Origin: Euprymna scolopes
Lineage: Eukaryota
Strand: one strand, 5' to 3'
Assembly (NCBI GenBank): GCA_053919585.1
Contig: CM132797.1
DNA: 64,000 nt
Below are positions 1 to 14,494 of the stretch, piece after piece; position 1 is the first letter of the stretch, and each line of letters opens with the position of its first letter. The notes under the pieces are model-generated. The model was given only the letters and a program-made list of their open reading frames with translations, was not told the origin of the DNA and ran no database searches. Position numbers and translations under genes: made by a program.

Positions 1-88
1 GCAGGATGAACACAGCAGGCCATGTGGTCTGATTTGGGGTGAGCAGAATCAAGCTCGTATCCAGCGGACATCTCGAATAAAAGATGAG
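1..88 (-). CDS. Slob: Slob-like exon, cut by window edge (HLLFEMSAGYELDSAHPKSDHMACCVHP)
   Basis: Acceptor ttctttttacag at 89-100 (minus); phase 1 matches the preceding exon; kinase subdomain IX-like motif. Confidence 0.88.
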
Positions 89-1928
89 CTGTAAAAAGAA
101 TATCCCTATTTATTATATATTCAAATGAAAGAGCAGCAAAAGCGGTTTAAAAGACATTGCTTCATAAAACTATCAATTAAATACATACTAGTACATAGCT
201 GATTAAGAGGAGAAAAGTCTGAAATGAATGACTGCAAAGTTACATTTGTGTTCCAACATTTGTGTTCCAAAGTTACATTTGTGCTTGTTGTGAAGACAAG
301 TGGGTGATCGGCCCCGCCATGAGTTATTTTCTCAACAGATTTGGTCTGATAATAACGGACCACACCGGGGGCATCGGGAATTGAGTTGGCTTGATGAGTG
401 CCTATTCATGTAAACGCATTGAGCCTGCTCTCAACCTGCCAAGCTAATAGGACATCAGATGAAATTTTGTGATATTTACATATTGATATGTAAAAAAGGA
501 TAATTTATTAATGTATTATTTATTTGAATAAATGCATGTATTATTAAAGAAAAGTTAATTAAAAATATATATAAACAATTTAACGCCACCGAAATATACG
601 CCAGTCTTTTGCCTTCTCTCTTAAGAGAGGTTATAGTATGCCTGATGCACTCCTACCGGTGAAAGCTGATGAAACTCCTTTCACATTCTTTCGTAGGTCA
701 GAATGCACTTTACCTAGTTCACTGAATTTTCGAAATATTAATTGGCGTTGTGTTGTCTAATCCAATTGAAAGGAGGGAAATAAATATATGTTCGATGTGT
801 GTTTAGTCATAAAAATGCTATCATTTTAAGTGTTACCAAACGAATATGTTATTTCAAATTAGAGCGTGACCGAACGACAAAACTTGATAAATACACTGCA
901 AAAAAATAAAAAACAAACAAAAAAACTGTAGTTCTTCAGTTAAACTTAAAATAAGATATCTGATCAGTTAGATACATTTAAAAGCAAATATCATTAGTCA
1001 GAGAGATTTTAAAGGTATATATGGGTAGCAGGGAGACCCGACGATTTCCAGAATGCAATGAGGAGAAACGAATCTTATACACTTCAAATACTTTTATTGT
1101 AATTGAAATAATTGAAATCACGCATTGTAATCAAATTGATTGACTGCCTGCTCTAAGCGGTCAGAATTCTTTGAAATTTCACACAAATGTACTTCTTGTG
1201 TTTGGGAGTGTTCTTAGATAAGATTTACATCGAAGTACCTCTAATACTTATCGAAAATTGATAATCTAAAAAATACAATAAAAGAAGGAACAGTCCGATT
1301 TTTACAAAGATAACACCCTTATGCAACCCAACGTCACAAGTGTATTTTAGAAGTTTCAAAAGTAGAAGGGCCCAACCCATAAAATCAACAGTATATTTCT
1401 TGATAAGGCAGAAATGCGTTCGAAATGATTGATTCTATTTATAGCACAGTTGAACCATGATACTTGGCTTTGGCATGTTAAACTTTAATTGAAATCATAA
1501 TACTTTTATAGAATCCACAATAGGCTCTCTACAGTACAATGCAGACTACAATATATTGTTACTTAAGTCAGTGCGTGAGGAGATGCAAAACCGAGTTCAG
1601 AAGGCAAATAGTAGATTTGATTGAAAAATTGCGATTTCATCGATTTCGGTGACAATAAAAGTGTTGAACATTCGTTAATCCTTATTCAAACCCGGGCAAC
1701 GCCAGGTCTCCCTGCTAGTAATAATATTTTAAAATATATTAAGATGAGAACAGAAGTTTTTTTTCCCTTACGTACCAAATGTTAAGGCTGATATAGCATG
1801 TGATGGGGAGTCGGCTAATTTCTTTTTAATCGTTGTAAAAAGATTGACGTCCTGTTGTAGTAAGGTGCTTTCAATTTCCGTGAGTCTGTAAAAGAGAATA
1901 GACAAAGTAACAAAAAACAGCAACTACA

Positions 1929-1982
<54 letters not shown>

Positions 1983-4617
1983 ACTACTACCAACAACAAC
2001 AATAATAATAACAATAGCAACAACAAAAACGACAACGATAATAAGAATAATAATATACATTGAGGACATTGCGAAGGCTGCTACAAAGAAGGTGGGTTCC
2101 CTCTATCGTGCTAGAAGACTATTGACACCTGAGAATATCCTGTACTTCTACAAAGCCATCATTCGCCCATGCATGGAGTATTGTTGCCACATCTACGCTG
2201 GTGCATCTACCACTAGTCTCTCTATTAAATAGGGTCTAAAAAAAAGTCTTTAATCTAAGAGGTCCCGCTTTGACAACTAAACTCCAACCACTGTCCTACC
2301 GCTGCAATATTTTTCAAGAATTTTAATTGAATGTTCTCTGATGAACTCATTACATTTGTACCCCCTCGACGTACCCCGCTTAGCAACAAAAATATTATTT
2401 CCGATAAACCCGCTTAGCCACAAAATCATACCCCTTTACTGTTAAGGTGCTTCCATAGCTACCAACGTAATAGATGCACTGAGACTAAAGCTGCTTTCAG
2501 AACCGCTAGCAACAACTGTAAAAGAGTAATAAAAAATGCAAGAGAGCTATATGCTCAATCGATTAAATCCAAAGTAGCTGAGCAGCGGCTTGGTTCCCAA
2601 CAGTTCTGGCAAATAGCAAATAGGATCCTGAACAGAAGCATGCGTTCTATCCCAACCATTATCAATGGACTAGAGATTATCTCGTCAGCATCCGACAAGG
2701 CCAAACTATTTGCCAAGAACTTTGCATCAAATTCTACCCTATGCGACGAAGGCCATCAACTCCCCATATTTCCTCCCACAACACACAACACACTAGGTAA
2801 CATACAAATATCTGTGCGTGAGGTCGCCAAGCTAATCAAGAACCTTGATTCCAGTAAAGCAACTGGCCCTGACGGTATTCCAATTATAGTGTTAAAAAGT
2901 TACAACCAGAACTTGCCCCCATACTTACCAAACGGTTTAAGCGTTGCTTTAAGGAGAAGTGCTTTCCAATACCCTGGAAAACCTCATCAGTATGCCCTGT
3001 ATTTAAGAATTCAGGTAATAAGTCATCTCCCTCTCAATACAGACCAATAAGTCTCCTGTGTGTCATGAGTAAGTTGCTGGAATCCATATTAAATAGAGAA
3101 GTAGTCAACCACCTCAGCAGAAATAACCTTCTTAGTGACACGCAATATGGTTTCGGTTCTGCTAACGGTTATATCTCATAGAATTAGCGAATCTCTCGAG
3201 AAAGGCTTCATTTCTAGGGCAATTGCTCTCGACATATCAAAGGCCTTCGATAAGGTATGGCATAAAGGCTTACTTCCAGCTACGGTATTACTGGAAATGT
3301 TTTCTCAATCATTAAATCATTTCTCTCTGATAGGCTCATAAGAGTAGTGGTTGATGGGCAGAAATCAGAGGCCCACAGTATTAATGCTGGAGTCCCCCAG
3401 GGGTCCATCCTGGGCCCAATTCTCTTCTTGATCTACATTAATGATCTCGCAAAACATATATTTAAATCATTCGTTGACATCTATGCTGATGACACAACAA
3501 TCTATGGCAACACATCAAAGATCGTAAATGACAAAGTTCTCTCTGATTCTCTCTCCTCAGATCTTGAGCGCGTGGTACAGTGGAGGAAGAGGTGACTGGT
3601 TACCTTTAATGCATCTAAGACCAAGCTCCTATCATTACATCATAAACACTCTGATCCCCATCTGGCATCGATTGAAATGAATGGCTCTCGTCTAGGGGAG
3701 GCCCCATGTTTTGATAAGCTTCTGGGTTTGACCTTTACTTCTGATCTTAAATGGAACACATACATCAAGTCTGTGGCCAAGGTCACTGGGAAAATGGTGG
3801 AATCCATCTACCGCTCCAGAAGATATCTCACTAATGATGCAATTCTCTGTTTATATAAAATACAAGTACGTCCAAGGATGGAGTACTACTGCCACATATG
3901 GGCAGGCGCTGCAAAAAAGCAGCCTATCCTGCCTTGACAGAGTACAAAATTGACTTCGTGGCTTGGTGGGGGATGCCCTTTTCTCTTTCCTGCAACCTCT
4001 CTCCCACAGAAGAGACGTTGCGAGGCTCTCAGTTTTATCGTTATTTCCATGGCAAGTACTCGTCGGAGATCCATTCTCTCGTCCCCCCTCGCCAATTTTT
4101 CAAAAAAAACACCCGACTATCTGAAACCACTGTCAATAATTTTCCCACTCTTTATCCGTGCCTAAATCAAAACGTAGATTCCATGAAAAAAAAGCTTCTT
4201 TCTTAGAACTGCACGCCTGTGGAACTCTGTGCCGCTTGCCTACCCCCCCCCCCCCCGACTTCAACTTGGATGTCTTCAAGTTCAACACAAACAAATTCCT
4301 GATGAACCGCCACCTTAAGTAATGACACTTCATCAAATCTCCAATACTAACTATTACTACGATACTATCCCATTGATTACCGTACACAAAATAACCCTTA
4401 TCCCCGAGTGGCTTCTGGGCCTTAATAACTGGTGACCACCATGTAAAAAAAAGGGGCAGAAAGTTTTCTACTCTAATAGCTTTTTCCATCGAACAGCTAC
4501 CTGCTTCCCTGACTGTACTGATACGCAGAAGTTTAAATGTAACATAATTTCTATGCATGGGCCCAAATATGCCTTGTTTGGAGTGAACGTGAGTAAAAAA
4601 CAAAATTTAAAAAAGAA

Positions 4618-4666
<49 letters not shown>

Positions 4667-7600
4667 TAATAATAATCTGTCCCCTCCCCATACCCCCACG
4701 GTCCGACCACGCCCCAAAGTGTAAGGCCAAATAGTCGAGAAGTGTCAAGGAGGATTGAAAGACCGAGGAGAGGGCGTTGACCAGACCTCCGCTACAAAGA
4801 GAACTGGGACCTTGGGGGGGGGTTATTGCCTCTCGAATTTTAGTAGAAACCAATGGCCGCTGCCAGCGAGAAATCAACGGTAAGCCGCTGTTGCGATAAC
4901 TCAAATTCATTTGAAAATGTTATCAAAAGAGGTGGAGAATACTGGACGTCTGGGGAGACTTGTTGTCACTCAGCTTTCAGGGACACCACAGTTTTTTCTC
5001 AATGAGAGATCTTTGATCGCCTGTGAGAAAGCGCCTCGTGAGTCCATAATAATAACAGAACTCCGTGAAAATTTCACGATTGTTGTCTTTATTGCTTCAT
5101 TGCAATATTTATCTGCTTCATCTGCAAAATTTACTGTTAATGGGACGGTGGTTAGGTGGTTAACGACGCGGGATGAAAATCAACGTATTTTAAAGCCGAA
5201 TCGAGCTCGTTTCTCAGAAACACTTTCACTTTCGATGGTTGCAACCTTCACGTGATCATTTCTGCAAGTACCTGATTTTTTATAAATAAAATTCTGACTA
5301 GAAAGATATCAGAGAAACAAATGCCAACCCTAATCATCTGATTCTCATAAGATATGAATGAACGACACTGCATGATAATTTTATTTGAAACCATTCATTT
5401 ATGTAAGGTTTAATCATATTAAACAAAAATCATCTTATTTATTTTATTTTATTTTATTTTAATTGTCAGTTGAATATATTTTTGTCGTAATAACTAAGAC
5501 TAATATGTCTTTTGTTTATTCATGTAAATTTTATTAATTTTAAAACAATAAATATTCTCTTTCTTATCGTAAAATAATTGTCAGCTGAATATTCTTTTCA
5601 GTAAATAAAAGCGAAGGTTTTAACCGTTTCATTTAATAAGTGTTGCAACTTAAATTGCTTTAACATAAATACTCTCTTGCTGTTGTATAAAAAAAGGGGA
5701 AATAATATGAGAAAAAGCAGAACTTGTTAATGGTTCTGCTGCAGATCACGTGTGATGTAAAAATGGCCCCGGTTTGAACGTGGAAGGACAATAAAGCAAT
5801 GAAGATTTATGGCTTCTGAAGTTGTTTTCCTCCAGAAATAAACAGGGACAGGTCTAAACGTATTTCTTTCGTTGTAAGTCTCAGGATTAACGTGTGTTAC
5901 CTTATAATATTATTAGTTTTACCCCACCCACACACGTTCCGTCTTCACTTTCATTGGCAGGTAATGCTGTGCATTCCAAGCGTCCCCCACTACACCATTT
6001 CGTGACAAAGGCGCAGAGGAAGCAGTGGGGATGCCCGTAAATATATTACAATGTATTCAACACGCAAACAGTGACCGTTGTTTAAAATCGGAATTGGTTT
6101 GTTTTTCTTCTTCCTTGTGTTTAGAATCGCAATGTTATGCGAATGCACGCTTTTCCTTTCATGAGAAAAAATGGAACTGACCTTTTTTTAAGTAAAATCT
6201 TTAGTAATACCTATGATTATATTTTGTTCGTGACAGTTTGAGACGTTGTGTGTATTTTAGCACCAGTTGGTTCGTTCTNNNNNNNNNNNNNNNNNNNNNN
6301 NNNNNNNNNNNNNNNNNNNNNNNNNNNNNNNNNNNNNNNNNNNNNNNNNNNNNNNNNNNNNNNNNNNNNNNNNNNNNNNNNNNNNNNNNNNNNNNNNNNN
6401 NNNNNNNNNNNNNNNNNNNNNNNNNTGTAAATACAGTCATATCTTGCTACGATGTGCAGACTCTTTCGATCACAATTGATCTCATCATGAAAATGTAAAA
6501 ATTAAAAAGGTTCAAAAACATTTCCCATTTTAGAGGAGAGACTTGACTGACGTGAGGCAAGGTTAATGTTCTTATGCCTCACGTCAGTCGTGGAAAAGTA
6601 TATTTACTCTCCTCTAAAATCGAAAATGATCTTGAACCTTTTTAATTTTTAACTTTTTCTTTCCTGATGAGATCAATTATGATCGAAACGGTCTGCACAT
6701 CGGAGCAATATATGATTGTATTTACATAAAGAAAGATAAAAACTATAATTTTCTCTCTTTGATGAGCACTATCAACGAGCCTTGTTGAATTCAGTTATTC
6801 TTAATTTTTGGATATTTCTCTACCTGGAATATATATATATATATATTCAAGCAAATATTATTATATGCAACGGAGCTTGAACATATATAAATAAAAATAA
6901 AGAGGTTATGTTAATATTTTTAAAAAGACACGTAATCACGTGGGCAGGATTTTTTCCTTCTTTTGACACGAGAACAAGTAACGTTCTTTTTTTTTTATTA
7001 TTTATCTATTTATCTATTTTCGAAAGAGTGCCGCGTGCAAGTAGAGAAGGAAAAAACAAAGTTATGCAAAATTTGTGTCGAGAATATTCTAAAATTCCGA
7101 CTTTTTTTTTTTTTTGGCTTTCACTTTAATAAGAACGTGAATTTATGAGGTGAATTTATATGACACAATATGATTCAACTAAAAAAAAATAAATAAAAGC
7201 TAACGTGAATTAAGATTAAAGTTAAGGTCTTATTGTGGACCCTCACCCCTTTTAAAAAACCTAGATAGGTTAAATCTTTTGAACTTTGACCCCTTGGCAG
7301 CTCAAACTTTCGACCCAAACGGATTAAAAAGCTTGCCCTATCTCTACATACTCTTTGTGTACAATTTCAAATGTTTAGACCAGAAACTAGCTGAGTAATT
7401 TGGTAGAGATTGTAAAGGTCAATTCTTTTTTACCTTTGACCCCAATTTTGACACCATAACATTTATTCTTGGGAACTTAAATCAAATAAAAAGTTTGATC
7501 CATATCCAAGTAACCTACATTTAAAAATTCAAGTGCTTAGACCAAAAATTGACGGAGGAGTTTGGTAGAGTTTTCAAAGATCAAACCGTTGAACTTTGAT

Positions 7601-10600
7601 CCCTTGATAGCCAACTTTCTGGCCAAAAAACGATTAAAAAGATTTTTCTAAATCTCAATACATGTATGTTGAACAAAAAAAAAAAAAAGGAGGAAAAGAA
7701 CGGGGTAAAACCTAGCGTTCATGATGTTACGACCACCGCCAAACCGGAAGCGACATTTTTTAAAATTAAGGCTAGACAATCTAAAGGAGAGGATAACTTT
7801 CAATACTGATCTTGGTAAAATCCGTTGCCGCTATTGAAAGTTTAAGGCAGACACGCAAACAGACATACATACATACATTTATATATTGGAAACTAAAAAT
7901 TTTCGACACAAACTGATGAAAAAGCTTGCCCTATCTCTGAATACCCTGTATGTAAAATTTCAAATATTTAGACCAGAAATTGTGTGAGTAATTTGGAAGA
8001 GACCGCAGAGGTCAATTTTTTCTAACTTTGACCCCTTATATGACCCCTTATATGACCCCTTAAAATTTATTGTTTTGGGCTCAAATCAAGTTATTAAGTT
8101 AGATCCATGTTCAAGAAACCTATATCTAAATTTTCAAGTTTGTAGACCCAAAATTGTCGGAGGAGTTTGGTAGAATTGTCAAAGGTCAAATCGTTGAACT
8201 TTGACCTCTTAATCGCCAAATTTCTGGTCAAAAACCGATCACATCGATTTTCCCAAATCTCAGTAATCTGTATATCAAATTTCGAGTGTGTAGACTAAAA
8301 ATTGACAGAGTNNNNNNNNNNNNNNNNNNNNNNNNNNNNNNNNNNNNNNNNNNNNNNNNNNNNNNNNNNNNNNNNNNNNNNNNNNNNNNNNNNNNNNNNN
8401 NNNNNNNNNNNNNNNNNNNNNNNNNNNNNNNNNNNNNNNNNNNNNNGTGGAAGCATGCCTCCCCTCGTAAAAGATTAATCTACGGCTTACTATGTTAAGA
8501 ACGGCTTTCAGAATAGACACCTCCAACCTCCTCGTGTTAAGAACAGCATTTGGAATCGACACCCCCAACCTCGCCATGGTAATAATAGCTTTAGGAATAG
8601 ACACCCCATTTTATGAGTGAGTGGAGTTGTCAAAATATTTACCCAAATTTAATCTTGATATTCGTTGTCAACATAGCCACCCGCAAAGACTATACCCCCC
8701 CCCAAAAAAAAAATTGGAGTAGCAGTGTCGGTTGGAGAGAAGTTGATTTGTTTATCGCGTGTACAAATCTGGCAGCCACTGCAGTACAGTGGATAATGCA
8801 TGTCTTTATATCTCGAAAACTACCTGTCTCCGCCAAAGTTAAAAGAGATTGTCTTAATAAGCATAGTCGAAAACTTATAAAAGTCGTCCTTTTAAAGAAA
8901 ATTGGTCAGTTGGAGCTAAGGTAAAAATTTACCTAAAAAAATGTTAATGTCTTAGCAATGCCGATAATGAGTCTGAAAAATAGAAGTAAACAAAAAGCAG
9001 ATACATAACAAATAAATGTTTTTGTAGGCAATGTAATTTAGGGTAAATGTGTAGTTTAGTGGCGTAAATTATTTGACAAACGCAAAAATTATGAGAAACT
9101 ATTTATGTTCATATGATACACATTATTAGACCTAAAAGCTGAAATAAAACCAGAAAAAATTAAATTTTTATTGTTTTCATCATTTTTATTTGACTAAATG
9201 TACGACAATCGAGGTTGTCATATTACTTTTAAAATTTGTTCTTTCTAAGGTCTGACAAATTGGCCTTTTTAAGTTCAAATTTGGCCTTTTATGCTTTTTC
9301 ATGGAACCAAGATTTTGATTAAGAGCGTATAAAAGGCAAAAGTTGGCCTTGAAAAGGCTAATCTGTCAACATTTAGAAAGGCCAATTGCTAAAAGCAATT
9401 TACGAATATTATAAAGTTAGTCTAATATATAATGATGAAAAAAAATAAAAATAAAAATGAAATTTATTCTGGTTTTATTTCAGCTTTTGTAGTCTAATAA
9501 TGTGTTTTATATAAAATAAAAAGTTTTTATAATTTGTTTGTCAACAAACAAAAACAAAACAACAAAATAGCATTGCTTATCGATTTTCAACATCTACTTC
9601 AGCAGTACTCATTACGAAAGCAAAGTTACGTAGTAAATTATGAAACTTTATAAAATAATTTCGGCACACTCAATCCTCTGCGTTTCATTTCCGTCAAGTT
9701 TAAATGCTTGGAATTCAAGAAACGTTTATAATTAAAAACAAATTTACAGTAGCAGTCTGAAATTTTGCATGCCGTTATTGTTATCAAACAGCATCAGAAT
9801 AAAAAACATGATATTTTGAAAATTTGGCTGAAATTCTGGCAAAATTTTTAATTTGATTGAAATTTGCAAATTAAATATATCATATAATATGTAGAACGTT
9901 ATTGAATAGAATATTAACTAAATAGCGGATATCTAATATGAAATTTAACCAAGACATTCTCAAGTTACAGCGGTTCTAAGTTAAACCATCACTGATCCTT
10001 AGACACAGATTTGACACGATTTTTCAAGCGATGTAAAAGTTGGGCTGTACACAAACATTCTAATCGAAAACAATCACCGCATTGGCAGAGTAACGACGTG
10101 TAAATACAGCTATTTATGCTTACCTGCAGATGCCATTGTGTAGAATAACATTGCCAGAATGCAAGTGACTAAATGGCGGAAAACTGTTTTGTTGCAGATG
10201 AAGCAAAGCCTGAAGAATGAAAAATAACGAATTTATGAACTGATCTAACATTCAGAAAAAAATGAATAGAATTAGAATAAGTGAAAATTTAAATTATTTA
10301 GATTCTTCAGACTACTGTTCCCATTTTGAGTATTTTTTGCATAATGTTTCTGTCAATGTAATCTCCGACTTTCTTCTACATCTCGTCGAACTCAGGAATC
10401 TTTCTGTTGAACTCGAGAATCTGCACGAAATATTGTACAGACCCCTTTATTTAATTCACGGAAATATATGCTCTTATTCCATCAGGCATATCCGAGGAGC
10501 AATCCCAAGTAATTTACAGTTGTATATTTAATGTTGCCCGCACTGAGAATTGAACCTTAAACATCAAGAAGATTGTAACTTTAGAACTAAATTTTACCAA

Positions 10601-12877
10601 AACTCTATCAACTACGCAAAATGCAGTTGTAAAGTTACACTCTTCTGGAGGTTGAAGATTCAATCTTCAATGTTGAAGATTAGCATGTTATTTAAAGCAT
10701 TGCTATTTTCTCGCTGATATTTTATAGCTGAAATTTAGCATTTGTGCTAGAGAAATATTTATTTTATCATTGAAATTTAGTGCAGTCCTTTAGACCTCGT
10801 TATTTTACTGCTCTATTTTCCCACTGATATTTCGCATAGTGCTATATTCATAGCTAGTTTATCTCTAAAATCTAGCGTGGTTCTCTATCTTACTGGGCAC
10901 ATGTTAACACCGAAATTAAGCGCAGGACTTAAGAATGATTATTTCACCGCTGATATTATATTCCTGACATTTCGCATACTTTTTAATAATTATTTTACTG
11001 CTGATATTTAGCCATTAAAATTTAGTGTGGTACCTCAAACATATTTATTTTCCCGCTGATGATGTGCACATTATTTAGGCAAACTTGTTTTACAACTGAA
11101 ATTTAGTGTGGTATTTTAGGTATGTATATTTTCCATTAATATTCCGCGTCGTACTTTAGGCATAAGTATGTTACCACTCCAATTTAGCGTGGTACTTTAT
11201 TCATAGTTATTTTATCATAAATATTGCACCCTTGATATTTAGCGTGGTATTTTAAGTGTAGTTATTTTACCGCTGATATTTAAAGTGGTATTTTAGGAAT
11301 AGCCATTTGACCATCGATATTTTTGTTGTGAAATTTAGTGTGGAACTTACACATAGTTATTTCACCGCTGATATTTTACCACTGAAAGCTTTAGGATGAA
11401 CTATTTTAGCGTTGATATTTTATGCGGTTTCACCGCTAATATTTAGCAGTTAAGTTTAATAGATTTACTAAATATGTGCGCTCATGTTACCAAGCGATTA
11501 GCGACGTGAAATCAGTATTGAAACTCGAATGTAAATCCACTTGGATTCATTGTTTACTTATATTTTTATATTGTTGGGAAAATGTATGAACCCCTAATAT
11601 CCATTTAATTATACGTGAAATAGCAAATCTTGTTTCTGTTCAATGAAATATTCCCAATAAATTTTCTATTTCTATATTAAACTATCCCAAATATTGAAAT
11701 GTCGAAACAGGGAGAAAAAGAAAAAAAAAGGATTGCCTTACCTTTAGAATTTGGTTAGCATAGTTTTGTGTTTGAATATAAGGGAGCGGCTGACCATGAT
11801 GCACATATTTGTCTGAGTGGTTGTCCAGGCAACGGGACTGAAAACAACAAAAATAATTTTTAAAATCTTGAGCGCCTTATACATATATACATATATACAT
11901 ATATATTGAAAGTCTTATACATTTCAGGAAAAACGGTGAAACGTAGCAACGGAAGCAGAGTTAATCAAAGCTATTTGTTTTGTCGATTCTTATTTCCATA
12001 ACGTTTCGAATGCTGCACTATCAACAGACGAGTAGAACAGTTAAAAATAAGTCAATATTCGAATAATCCTAGTTTGCTTTATCTTTGAAATATCCGCCAA
12101 GTAAAGGTGTCTTCTCGTAACTCATATTACTTTAATAATCAGATATTGTAATTGCATCATGTACTGTTTTATTGTGATGCAAATGGACACGTGACACTGA
12201 TGTGATTTTGTTACTCAACCAATCAGAGACTCTGGCGTAGAATCACAAATTGTCAAACCTCTTCTTACAACACCCACGCGATTTTGTTTCCATAGCAGAG
12301 TTTTTATTTACTTCCTTTCCGCCATAGGAAGATGTGACACAAGGTCGGAAAGTGGGGAGAGTCAATAGGCTCCCCTAAAGCAGGGTCACTGTGGCATATT
12401 AAATATGACCTGGGATGGCCCATAGACATTCTAGAGTAGGTGCATCTCAGACAGTAAACAATAAACTTCTCCAACCCAAAGACGGAAGGCAGGGAAATTG
12501 TTGTGTACAACTTCTAGAATTGAACAAGATATCAGCTATTCCTCAACCAACAGGGAAAACACTGTTTCGAAAATGACCTAAACTCTGTTGGCTTTGGTGA
12601 CAAGAGAAAACCTCTCGCAGAGTTGGGTTAAGTTCAGCTAGAGATTGTTCAACTCTTGCTTCGCTATACACTTATCAGTAGCCTTTCTGAAAGTATCACT
12701 CATCTGTGATATAGACGGTTTAAATTAAATTAATCAGGGAAACTCACCTGGTAGATTTCGTCTTTTAAGGAACCAGCAGGACTGAATGGCCGTACAACGA
12801 TAATGAAACCTTCTTCTTCGAGGAATTCCAACTCTGATAGTGGCATAATATACGGATGCTGAAAACAATACCATTTG

Positions 12878-12940
<63 letters not shown>

Positions 12941-14444
12941 CGACTTGTTGTCACTCAGCTTTATACATATCTAAAGACGTTTGGGATAAATAAACTCGGT
13001 TGGGAATAACGTAAGTCGTTGTTGATTATTAAAAATATATATACTGAATATATATATTAGTGATGAGATGATTCCAAAAGTTTTTCTGATTCTGATACAA
13101 TTTCAAATTCTGTTATAAATTACCAATTCTAATACAAATACTAATTTCAATTGCGATTTTTTTAAAATTTCTTAATATTTAATAAAAATTCGATGCTTTA
13201 AATTTTTTTTTAAATGACTGTACCCTTCGTGTAATGTTCGCATATATTATATAATTTATGTAAAATATCCAATTGAGATGGATGTATATGACAGGATTCG
13301 ATCTTTCAAAATATTTTTCTCTAATGTTTTCCTTATAATTGATTGAAAACTACGAGACAAGAAATTTTCTTTTAAAACAAATCTCATTTGCATTTCTTCG
13401 TCATTAATAACATTTGAACTATTTTGTAAACGATTAAAAAGAATCGATGATTGGTATGCAAAATAAGAAAACAGTGTAGGAACAGAATAGTCAACAAAAC
13501 CCGTCCCATGTCAAGAATTACTTTTTACATAATAATGTTACTGTTTAGAAAACTATTCTTAACATTATCACGGATTAACTATTCTCTATATTCCCTCTAT
13601 GAAAAATGTTCATTCTTTTCTTGCAATTATACAGATTTGATCGGTTATCAGACTGATTTACATTACTGAAAAGAAGTAAACAAGACGACGACGACAACAA
13701 CAACAACAATAACAAATAATAACAAATGATAATAATAATTCTAATTTCGTTTATAAACATCTCTCTGGAAAGGGATGGGATTCATTTCCAGAAGATTTCC
13801 CACAATCCCGGCTCCAAACCAGGAGCTTCAAATATCAAGGGTTTTCCTTGGGATGTTGGTGGTACCTACAATAGCAGAGGTCTGAAGGCCGCCTAAAACA
13901 TCGGGGATTTGTAGTTTTTTCAATTGTTCTTCCAGACGACTTGATACTACTCCTAGTGTACCAACTACGACTGGGATTATTTGTGTTTTAACCCCATGTG
14001 TACGCCTTATCTCCAAGGCCAATGGAGCATAATTGCATCACTTCTCGTTCTCCTTCTCTCTCACATTCCTGTCTCAGGGTAATGAGAAGTCTAAAATCTG
14101 CCAGGTTTTTGAGACTTTGTCAATGACGATCAAATCCGGACGATTATGTTCCAATTGCTTGGTCGTTATGACACCTTTGTCTCACCATACCTCTACCTTG
14201 CCATTCTCACTTGTTCTCACTTCATCAAGCACCTCCTCAAACCACTTTCCAGCACACTTCAGCCCAACCTTCTTACAGACCTCCCAATATATCCGGAGAA
14301 GTGTGCGTTCTATCCCAACTATCATCAATGGACCTGAGGTCATCTCGTCAGCATCAGACAAGGCCAGACTATTTGCCAAGAACTTTGCACCTAATTCTAC
14401 CCTATGCGACAATGACCATCAACTCCCTGTATTTCCTCCTCCTA

Positions 14445-14494
<50 letters not shown>

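Noticed and set aside
836-896. Possible small Slob exon (CIYQVLSF)
   Set aside because: Weak donor and wrong entry phase; exon 1776-1885 already bridges the neighbours in frame.
8933-8972. Acceptor/donor pair resembling an exon (also 5250-5271)
   Set aside because: 8933-8972 has stop codons in all three frames; 5250-5271 shows no Slob similarity and runs into a SINE-like sequence.
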